From Fidelibacterota bacterium (GTDB lineage Bacteria > Fidelibacterota > Marinisomatia > Marinisomatales > S15-B10), in the NCBI GenBank assembly GCA_002729175.1, contig PBTS01000079.1:1-12474 (forward strand): 12,474 nt of DNA, in the 5' to 3' direction. This document shows, piece after piece, positions 1 through 6,987 of this stretch (position 1 is its first letter; each line of letters opens with the position of its first letter). Below the pieces are notes generated by a model. The model was not told the origin of the DNA, made no database searches, and worked only from the letters and a program-made list of their open reading frames with translations. The position numbers and the translations under genes were made by a program.

Positions 1-1092
1 GTAACTTATCTCAACTGCGCCTATATCTCACCCTCTCTGAAGTCCGTTACTAAGGCGGGGCGCCGGGGAATGAGGAAAAAATCTCAACCGTGGACCATAA
101 CCTCTGCAGACTTTTTTAAGGGATCAGAGGAGGCCCGGAGTCTTTTCTCCCAGATCATCGATTCTTCTCCGGAAGATATTGCTATTATACCCGCTGTCAG
201 TTACGGAATTGCCATAGCTGCCTTAAATCTGCCTATAAAGAAAAATGAAAATGTGATTGTGATTGAAGAACAGTTCCCATCCAACTATTATGGATGGTCA
301 GAAAATGTTAAACGCACGGACGGAAGGCTGGTTGTCATTAAACGTCCAGCGGAAGGATCGCTCACTTCAGCTCTCCTATCAGCAATAAATGAAAGGACAG
401 CTGTGGTGGCCTTGCCCAACTGTCATTGGACAGACGGGGCCGTTATAGATCTGTTAAAAGTAAGTACAAAATGTCGGCAATACAGTGCTGCACTCGTGCT
501 TGATCTGGCTCAATCTGCAGGCGCAATACCCTTCTCTGTTAAAGAAATTGATCCGGACTTCGTTATAGCTCCTTCCTACAAATGGCTTTTGGGACCTTAT
601 TCGCTGGGCTTCCTCTATGTTGCGCCGAGATGGCAAGATTGCGATCCTCTGGAACATAACTGGATCGATCGCGCTAACAGTGAAGACTTTGCCGGCCTTG
701 TTAATTACCGAAATGAATTTCAACCCGGGGCCAGAAAATTTGATGTGGGCGAACGAAGCAACTTTGCCCTTATGCCCATGGCCGTGGCAGCGTTGAAGCA
801 ATTACTTGAATGGGATGTAGAAAATGTAAGTGAGACGCTGGCCGCTTTCACTGAAACTATTGCGCTTCGTGCTACTGAATTAGGCCTTAATGTGGCGCCG
901 GCCAATGAACGGGCATCACACCTTATGGGCATTCACTTTCTAGATGGTGTGCCTAAAGAACTTTTAGGGAATCTGGCGGAAAGAAAGGTTTATGTCAGTG
1001 TGAGAGGGAATTCAGTGAGGGTTTCTCCTCATTTATATAACACCGACAACGATGTAGATCGCCTGTTTGACGCCCTTTCGGCAGTTTTGTAA
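1..1092 (+). CDS. Class V PLP-dependent aminotransferase-fold enzyme (kynureninase/isopenicillin-N-epimerase/C-S lyase-like), 5'-truncated by the window edge
   Basis: The frame is open from base 1 (VTYLNCAYISP..., the typical class V N-terminal YLN motif), so the true start lies upstream of the ORF-track ATG at 70. It has the PLP motifs LVLDLAQSAG and APSYKWLLGPYSLGFLY (Schiff-base Lys) and the C-terminal RVSPHLYNT. Confidence 0.9.
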   Translation, partial: VTYLNCAYISPSLKSVTKAGRRGMRKKSQPWTITSADFFKGSEEARSLFSQIIDSSPEDIAIIPAVSYGIAIAALNLPIKKNENVIVIEEQFPSNYYGWSENVKRTDGRLVVIKRPAEGSLTSALLSAINERTAVVALPNCHWTDGAVIDLLKVSTKCRQYSAALVLDLAQSAGAIPFSVKEIDPDFVIAPSYKWLLGPYSLGFLYVAPRWQDCDPLEHNWIDRANSEDFAGLVNYRNEFQPGARKFDVGERSNFALMPMAVAALKQLLEWDVENVSETLAAFTETIALRATELGLNVAPANERASHLMGIHFLDGVPKELLGNLAERKVYVSVRGNSVRVSPHLYNTDNDVDRLFDALSAVL

Positions 1093-1099
1093 ACTAAGC

Positions 1100-2038
1100 T
1101 CAGCCTAATAAAAAAGGGCAGGTCATGCAGTGGGCACCACCATTACCTTGCCACATTTCATCAGCAGAAAAGCTCTCCAAGCCTATCCCGTACTTTGCCA
1201 TCTCTTCTCCAATTCTTGCAGCGCCTGCGAAGCCGATGGCACGCTCTGACCGTTTCGTCACTACTATGTTCAGAAGTCCCATTTCCCTTTCCTGGTGATT
1301 GGTGGCAATACAGTCGAATCCTCGCTCATCCAGTAATTCCCGGAACATAACATTCCTAAAACTTGAATTTCCGTCCTCATAAAGCCGGCATGGGAAGACA
1401 TCAAACATCGGTTCATAGATGACACAAAGCTTTTCATCGAGTACCATGAACAGACCATCAATATGCACATTCCCATGAGGTAGAGGTACTTCAAGAAAAT
1501 ATTTTACATTCTTACCCATGATTAACTCTCTCAACGCTCGGGTCCCTGCTTCGTTGGCCCGGTCGCAGAGGGATGCCGCAGCAATGTCATCACCAATGAG
1601 TGTCACGCCGCCGCCCTCAAGAAACCCGGGCTGATCAATGCTCCCAAGGATGGGAACACCCAATCTTTCAAGAGCTCGGCCAACAATCCACTGATCTCCC
1701 CACCTCCCTTTCAAATGGGGTCCCATGAGTACAGCACCGCTATTGAAAACAGAAGCAAGATCACGAGTATAAGTCATATTTGGGCGGTGCCGGATGTAAG
1801 ACATGGCGTCATCATCACTCTTCAAAACATCCGTCAGAAGAACTGTTTCCACTCCGTGACTTTGGAACAGTTCCAGCATACCATTGTAATCAGCTAGAAA
1901 CTTTTCTTTCTCAACGGGTCGCCGGAAGTGGAATTCTTCGAGGGTGTCATCCGTAACTTTTTGCAGTTCCTCTCCCGGGCGATGCATAAGGACCCGTTTC
2001 ATTGTACCGTATGCCGTGGCAACCCCGAACTCTTTCAT
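1100..2038 (-). CDS. Amidinotransferase / arginine deiminase / dimethylargininase (pentein) family protein
   Basis: Motifs KRVLMHRPGEEL, NMTYTRD, FLEGGG, HIDG and C-terminal GGAHCMTCP (catalytic Cys). An AGGAG Shine-Dalgarno lies inside the 3' end of the permease gene, with an ATGA overlap. Confidence 0.88.
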   Translation of the reverse strand: MKEFGVATAYGTMKRVLMHRPGEELQKVTDDTLEEFHFRRPVEKEKFLADYNGMLELFQSHGVETVLLTDVLKSDDDAMSYIRHRPNMTYTRDLASVFNSGAVLMGPHLKGRWGDQWIVGRALERLGVPILGSIDQPGFLEGGGVTLIGDDIAAASLCDRANEAGTRALRELIMGKNVKYFLEVPLPHGNVHIDGLFMVLDEKLCVIYEPMFDVFPCRLYEDGNSSFRNVMFRELLDERGFDCIATNHQEREMGLLNIVVTKRSERAIGFAGAARIGEEMAKYGIGLESFSADEMWQGNGGAHCMTCPFLLG

Positions 2039-3396
2039 TTCTTTCTCCTTTCAAGCCAGTAATAAACGGGGACCCCAGTCGCCGACAGGGCCACCCCCAT
2101 CAAAGTGTCTCCCGGGCGATAAACAAGGGCACTGATGAGAAATCCCGTAATTGTAACAATATAGATAATGGGTATAACGGGAAATCCAAAAGGTTTGAAC
2201 TTTTCACCATCATTACCCTGAGCAAATTTAAAGACTGCAGCCACCAACAATATGTTAAACAGATGGTTGGATACCACAAAAAAGTTCACAATCCTGCTGA
2301 AAGATTGAAAAAAGACCAACGCTAAAACAGCCGTAACGCAGCTCATCAAAATGGCTCCTGATGGCGCCTGTGAGCCTGATGAAACAGTGGCCAGAAACTG
2401 GAATAATCTCCCCACCAATCCCCCTCTCTTTGCCTCCTCACTGTACTGAACACCCGCGGCGTAAAGCAGCCGGGGGAATGTCATTATCAGTCCGCCGAGA
2501 GCACCTAGGATGGATATCATCATCAACAGGCTAATAAATTTCCCTCCTGCGCTCCCGAATGTTTTTTCAGCCACAACTATAGCTGCCAATGATTCACTTC
2601 CTGCCATTTCATGAAGAGGCACAATCCTCAGGTAAGCATAGTTAGTAAGCAGATATACTGTAGTAATAAGAATTAATCCTAAGGTAAGCCCCAGCGGTAG
2701 ATTTTTTTTCGGATCCTTCACTTCTCCAGCAGCATGCATAATATCCACCCAGCCGTCATAAGTGAAAAGGACAGCACCTACACCAAGTCCTATGAGTCGA
2801 AAAAAACCCCAAACCCCCTCGGAGGAATTACCAACAGCTCTATTTGTAGTTAATGTGGATTGGGCTCCTTCCACCAGGAAAAGGCTCCCGGCAACGAGCA
2901 CCATCAATGCTGATATCTTTATGATAGTAAGAACAATTTGTGTTCTGCCACCCCATTCAACGCCAAGCAAGTTAATCCCTGTAAAAACAAGAATGGCAAC
3001 TATACCCCATGCTACAGGGGAAAGAGAAATGGTGGAAGCCAAGATGTCAGAACAAAACTTCCCAAAGAGGATTGCCACCGCAGCCACAGAACCAGGCCCT
3101 GACACCCACACATTTTGCCACAGTTTCACAAATCCCAAGAGCTCGCCGAAACCCTCCCGGATAATATGATAGTCTGCACCTGATCGTGGAAGGGCAGCAC
3201 CCAACTGCCCTACGGTCATAACCCCCGTCAAAGTGATGACACCACAAAGTCCCCAAAAAAAATATATCTGCCAAGTGGCCTGGGCGATGGGAGCAAGTTC
3301 CTGGGGGGTATAAAAAATGCCGGAGCCCATCATATCTCCGGCAACTACGGCCATGACTGCCACCAGCCCCAACTGGCGGCGTAATTCTTTGGTCAT
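2035..3396 (-). CDS. APC-superfamily amino acid permease (LAT/SteT-like)
   Basis: 453 aa with about 12 hydrophobic segments. TM1 motif GDMMGSGIFYTP, TM6 motif FTYDGW, GEVKDPKKNLP loop. ATGA overlaps with both neighbours. Confidence 0.92.
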   Translation of the reverse strand: MTKELRRQLGLVAVMAVVAGDMMGSGIFYTPQELAPIAQATWQIYFFWGLCGVITLTGVMTVGQLGAALPRSGADYHIIREGFGELLGFVKLWQNVWVSGPGSVAAVAILFGKFCSDILASTISLSPVAWGIVAILVFTGINLLGVEWGGRTQIVLTIIKISALMVLVAGSLFLVEGAQSTLTTNRAVGNSSEGVWGFFRLIGLGVGAVLFTYDGWVDIMHAAGEVKDPKKNLPLGLTLGLILITTVYLLTNYAYLRIVPLHEMAGSESLAAIVVAEKTFGSAGGKFISLLMMISILGALGGLIMTFPRLLYAAGVQYSEEAKRGGLVGRLFQFLATVSSGSQAPSGAILMSCVTAVLALVFFQSFSRIVNFFVVSNHLFNILLVAAVFKFAQGNDGEKFKPFGFPVIPIIYIVTITGFLISALVYRPGDTLMGVALSATGVPVYYWLERRKK

Positions 3397-4022
3397 TTCT
3401 TCCTTATTTTATCTTTTACTGCGGTGGCGGATTTCTTAATAAACTGTTTGAGTCGCTTTGGACGTTCCGGCCAGATGGCATTTTGAACTGTAGTTTTCCG
3501 CTCCTCCATGGAAAGTTCTGAAAGTTCATAGCCTGTAACATCACCAACAATCTCCGTCTTCCAGTCATAGCCGGCCAGCAATCCCATCATCATTACCATC
3601 TTGATTGCAATCTCGGTGATAAGCTCTTCACCGCTGTTCATATTTTCCGGCCTTGGACCAAACAGTTTCAGCGAGCCCAATTCTTCATAAGAAAGCCACC
3701 ACAATATGATATTGCCCATCATGAAGCCAGCGCCATAACCGATAACCGTACCGCCCGTCATACCCACCGCTCGGGTTTTCCAGGGCGCTCGAACTTTTTT
3801 CTCTACCACATACCTCAGCTGATCAATCTTTTCAATATCAAAAGTTTGAACATCAGTTATCGGTTTGCCCAGCTGTGTGGCCAGCAGTATTTCATCTTGT
3901 AATTCCTTGAAAGTAAGGTCCCGGACAGTATCTCCCGATGCAAGCACAAGTTCCCAGTCCTGGGCCGGAAGCACCCCGCTACTTAAGAAATAAGCAATAA
4001 GAAGGAAATGATATTTATTCAT
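3393..4022 (-). CDS. Hypothetical exported/membrane protein (signal peptide plus Gly-rich hydrophobic segments)
   Basis: 209 aa ORF filling the space between two recognisable genes, with TGATG and ATGA overlaps. Signal-peptide-like N-terminus (MNKYHFLLIAYFLSSGVLPA/QD), glycine-zipper-like GMTGGTVIGYGAGFMMG, Lys-rich C-terminus. Confidence 0.75.
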   Translation of the reverse strand: MNKYHFLLIAYFLSSGVLPAQDWELVLASGDTVRDLTFKELQDEILLATQLGKPITDVQTFDIEKIDQLRYVVEKKVRAPWKTRAVGMTGGTVIGYGAGFMMGNIILWWLSYEELGSLKLFGPRPENMNSGEELITEIAIKMVMMMGLLAGYDWKTEIVGDVTGYELSELSMEERKTTVQNAIWPERPKRLKQFIKKSATAVKDKIRKK

Positions 4023-4915
4023 CAGGCAAAAACAGAAAATGCTGACGGAATCATCCGAACGGAGAATGGGGTGGAACCTTTCAATTCACCATCCAGATTA
4101 AGAATCTCATCTTCAGCCGGTGTGATTGAAAATTCTTTTACTTGGTGATACTCCACAATGGGATCATCAATATGAGACCCGTCAAATACCTTTGGAAACA
4201 TCTGCAGAAGTTTAAGCCGGCTGGCATCTCTTACCAGAACGAGATCTATGAGTCCATCATTGAGTTCAGCCTTGGGAGCCATTTTCATACCACGGCCTGT
4301 GTGTTGTGTATTGCACGCGATGGTGAACAAAAAATCACCCTCACTTTCCTCTCTTTCTATGACCAGTTTTGCTGAACGTCGCTTTAGCTTCATCACGTGG
4401 AGAAGTGTTGTAACATTATATCTCTGTTCACCAAGCCACCGCAATTTTTCAGCACTCATATTGATATCGGTTACCATTCCCCACCCCACAATATTCATGC
4501 AGTAAACCTTCTCTTCGGGCATCTCAACTTCAGCTACATCGATTGGTGTAATGCCCCCGGAAACAATTCGTCTAGCAGCCTCCACAGGATCAAGGCATTC
4601 CATGTCATACATAAATGAGTTTCCCGTCCCGCCCGGGATAAAGCCGAGAGGAACTTGCTTCCCATCAGTCCTTGTAAGCAGGCCGTTGATGATTTCATGA
4701 AACGTTCCATCGCCGCCTATGTGACAGAGACCTGTGAAACCTTCAAGATCAATTTCACGGGCAATCTCTGTGGCATGGCCAGCATATTCTGTCTCTCGAA
4801 TATCGAGATCGGCACCAACCTCCCTGAAAAGAGGCTCTACCTGTTCAAGGATGTCCAGTCCCTGTTTTGTTCCCCCTTGAGGGTTAACAAGAATAATAAA
4901 TTTTTTTGACGACAT
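4022..4915 (-). CDS. Diacylglycerol kinase catalytic family lipid kinase (YegS/BmrU family; sphingosine/ceramide kinase-like)
   Basis: Motifs VNPQGG, GGDGTFHEIINGL, IPGGTGNSF, NDGLIDL and NLDGE. Confidence 0.92.
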   Translation of the reverse strand: MSSKKFIILVNPQGGTKQGLDILEQVEPLFREVGADLDIRETEYAGHATEIAREIDLEGFTGLCHIGGDGTFHEIINGLLTRTDGKQVPLGFIPGGTGNSFMYDMECLDPVEAARRIVSGGITPIDVAEVEMPEEKVYCMNIVGWGMVTDINMSAEKLRWLGEQRYNVTTLLHVMKLKRRSAKLVIEREESEGDFLFTIACNTQHTGRGMKMAPKAELNDGLIDLVLVRDASRLKLLQMFPKVFDGSHIDDPIVEYHQVKEFSITPAEDEILNLDGELKGSTPFSVRMIPSAFSVFA

Positions 4916-4944
4916 AATATTCTCTAACCGTTCAGTTTTCGGCG

Positions 4945-4950
4945 AATATA
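4945..4950 (-). promoter_or_regulatory. Candidate -10 element (TATATT) for the kinase-permease-amidino enzyme operon
   Basis: The minus strand reads GGCTATATTCGCC, with the hexamer 29 nt upstream of the ATG at 4915, inside the 104-bp intergenic gap. No convincing -35. Confidence 0.3.
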
Positions 4951-5019
4951 GCCGTACCTATTGGTTTCGCCACGTCCTTTGTCTGAAGGAAAGAGCGATT
5001 AGACACATGATAGCATGCA

Positions 5020-5673
5020 TCAGGAAATATAATCTCTCAGTTTTTCAAATAGCTTATGGGTTGCCTCCACATCCTCCATCGCATACTGCTTTATTCCTTC
5101 CAAGTTCCCCTCTTTAAATGCTTTTCCTACGGTTGCACCTGTCACCTTTCCTTCCTTTGGAGAAGGGATACCAAAAGAACGGCAAGCAATATCAAAACTG
5201 ACTCGACCCCGGAAATCCCAATTAGCAAGAAACTGCATAAGATCAATATGGCTTTTATAACTAAACCGGCGAAGATCAGTAAATTTTTGGTTTGTAATCT
5301 TGGTCCCGTGATGGGCAGCGCGAACGATTAAAAAGGGGATGTCGAATCCGAGCCCGTTGTAATGCACAAACCGCACCGATTGAGCTGATTCGTGATTCAC
5401 CACATCAAAGAACCTTTCTAGGGTCCCGTGTTCACTGGACTCGCAGATAACATTATCCCGGTGTGTCCCATCACCTTTAAGCCACCGCATACCGACGCAA
5501 ACCACTTCCCCAAAAAAAGGAGACGTGGAACGAATCAATGATTCTGCCTCTGCCGGTTCACCTCCGCTATGTTCAAGTCGTCTCTCCGTCCGCTTAGCCA
5601 CTTCGGCCTCAACCACTTCGTCCAGTCCCTTTCGGGGAATGGTTTCAATATCCATTATTAGGTAATTCACCAA
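5020..5673 (-). CDS. Stand-alone PolB-like 3'-5' exonuclease (DnaQ/RNase H-like DEDDy fold)
   Basis: Exo I DIET, Exo II HYNGLGFDIPFL and Exo III YAMEDV motifs, plus HIDL and GIPSPK. The start is TTG 5673 or GTG 5670, with GAAGG upstream. Confidence 0.88.
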   Translation of the reverse strand: MVNYLIMDIETIPRKGLDEVVEAEVAKRTERRLEHSGGEPAEAESLIRSTSPFFGEVVCVGMRWLKGDGTHRDNVICESSEHGTLERFFDVVNHESAQSVRFVHYNGLGFDIPFLIVRAAHHGTKITNQKFTDLRRFSYKSHIDLMQFLANWDFRGRVSFDIACRSFGIPSPKEGKVTGATVGKAFKEGNLEGIKQYAMEDVEATHKLFEKLRDYIS

Positions 5674-5805
5674 CTAAACCTTCTTTTTGGTCTTCTCAGA
5701 TCTTATCTCCATCTGTTCGCAATTAAATTTCCAAACATTCCTGACTATATTCAACTAGTCCATATATGTATAAAGAATCAGCTTTGAATCCATCTCTTTT
5801 TCCAA

Positions 5806-5840
5806 TTATGAAACTTTTTTAACTGGAAAAATGTTCATAA
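5806..5840. promoter_or_regulatory. Imperfect inverted repeat (12/14 bp arms, 7-nt spacer) in the divergent intergenic region; possible operator or ECF-type promoter
   Basis: TTATGAAACTTTTT (5806-5819) versus the reverse complement of 5827-5840, TTATGAACATTTTT. Confidence 0.35.
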
Positions 5841-5872
5841 GTGTAACTTGCAATCAACCGAAGCTTCCGTGT

Positions 5873-5878
5873 AAGGAG
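5873..5878 (+). promoter_or_regulatory. Shine-Dalgarno sequence for the 5887 lipoprotein gene
   Basis: AAGGAG, 8 nt upstream of ATG 5887. Confidence 0.75.
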
Positions 5879-5886
5879 ACACCCTA

Positions 5887-6282
5887 ATGAATAAACTTAC
5901 CTCCGTCATTCTTGCTGCACTACTACTGCTCGGTTGTGCCGCGAACAATTCACAAGCAAACAGGCTCACACTGGGAACTGTCCAGAAAACAGTTTATGAA
6001 GGTGCCAATCAGACCGAAATCATGGAGGCCCTGGGCGCACCGAATATCATTACCAATAATTCAAGCGGCAGAGAAGTGTGGACCTACGACAGAATATCCC
6101 GGGAGGCGCAAGCAAGTAGTAGTGTGGTAGTAACCTGGTGGAATCCCATCAGCTGGTTGGCCGGTATTGCGTCAGGAAGCTCCTCAAGATCCTCCACCAC
6201 TTCCAAATCAATTACAGTTCTAATCACTTTTGATGACAACAAACGTGTTGCTGACTTCAAGTATCAACGGCTTGAATTTTAA
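5887..6282 (+). CDS. Lipoprotein with SmpA/OmlA/BamE-like domain
   Basis: Signal peptide II with lipobox LLLLG/C. SmpA-like core GANQTEIMEALGAP...EVWTY...ITVLITFDDNKRVADF. Strong SD. Confidence 0.8.
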   Translation: MNKLTSVILAALLLLGCAANNSQANRLTLGTVQKTVYEGANQTEIMEALGAPNIITNNSSGREVWTYDRISREAQASSSVVVTWWNPISWLAGIASGSSSRSSTTSKSITVLITFDDNKRVADFKYQRLEF

Positions 6283-6285
6283 TTG

Positions 6286-6948
6286 ATGGAAGCTTTTCGT
6301 AATCCACAGGGCTCTTTTCTGAAAAGTATGGGGCTCGTCCTTAGAATTTATCTTGCCACTTTTCTTGGTTGTGTCGCCCCTAGACCGCCCGCTCCACCCA
6401 CCACCGTGGCCCGTGCCATGGAGACACGTACCTACACTGTTAGCAAAGATCAGGTTATGAAAGCATCCATAAATGTGTTGCAGGATCTCAGCTATACTGT
6501 AGATGTCATCAATGTAGAAATGGGGCTTCTCACAGCCAGCAGAACAACACAAGAGAAGCAGGCTCGCTTATCGGATGATGAAGAGGTGGTACCGTCCATA
6601 CCTACATGGAAAAAAGTTGCTCTCACTGTTGGGGGTGTGTTTCTAATAATTGGAATATTTAGCTTGTTGTTCGGTGGGAAAGATGGCGATAAAAAGGACA
6701 GCGGTAATAAAACACATGTGATTCATCATGGCAGTAATGATAAGGGTCCTGATGGCCCAATAATTCACCGCTATCGAATAACGGTGAACCTCGATGAAAT
6801 TGCTGACGGTGAAATTAAAGTGCGCGTCAGCGCACAGGGCAAGGTAGAACAGGATGGGAACATTCTCCAGACAGGCGGTGTCCATGAGCTTGAGTTTTTT
6901 CAACGCTTTTTCGCTAGCCTCAACAAATCTTTTTTTCTAGAAGAGTGA
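6286..6948 (+). CDS. Hypothetical putative lipoprotein with an internal hydrophobic segment
   Basis: ORF begins 3 nt after the previous stop (start ATG 6286; TTG 6283 and ATG 6328 are alternatives). It has a lipobox-like FLG/C, a Pro-rich linker, a TRTY...VLQDLSYTV...GLLTAS core, and an internal hydrophobic stretch VALTVGGVFLIIGIFSLLFGG. Confidence 0.72.
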   Translation: MEAFRNPQGSFLKSMGLVLRIYLATFLGCVAPRPPAPPTTVARAMETRTYTVSKDQVMKASINVLQDLSYTVDVINVEMGLLTASRTTQEKQARLSDDEEVVPSIPTWKKVALTVGGVFLIIGIFSLLFGGKDGDKKDSGNKTHVIHHGSNDKGPDGPIIHRYRITVNLDEIADGEIKVRVSAQGKVEQDGNILQTGGVHELEFFQRFFASLNKSFFLEE

Positions 6949-6974
6949 TCTTTCTGATTTCACTCCCCTTGCCT

Positions 6975-6980
6975 TAATTT
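6975..6980 (+). promoter_or_regulatory. Candidate -10 element (TAATTT) for a leaderless TRAP-binding-protein transcript
   Basis: TANNNT hexamer exactly 7 nt before ATG 6988, and no purine-rich SD in 6949-6987. Confidence 0.3.
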
Positions 6981-6987
6981 CCGCATC

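Noticed and set aside
70..72. ATG at 70 as the start of the PLP enzyme
   Set aside because: The frame is open to base 1 and encodes the conserved YLN motif upstream of it, so the gene is truncated by the window.
1100..2038. Calling the gene arcA (arginine deiminase pathway)
   Set aside because: It is about 100 aa too short, and there is no arcB/arcC in the window. Only the family-level call is supported.
3255..3262. A8 homopolymer (and T8 runs near 2702 and 9273) as phase-variation tracts
   Set aside because: The runs are short, the reading frames are intact, and such runs are expected at this base composition.
5020..5673. Exonuclease as a prophage, CRISPR or defence marker
   Set aside because: There is no integrase, repeat array, cas gene or phage gene in the window.
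5743..5760. GACTA-N8-TAGTC inverted repeat
   Set aside because: The arms are only 5 bp, which is readily expected by chance.
5887..6282. Assigning the symbol bamE
   Set aside because: There is only fold-level resemblance. It has a large atypical insert and no supporting context.
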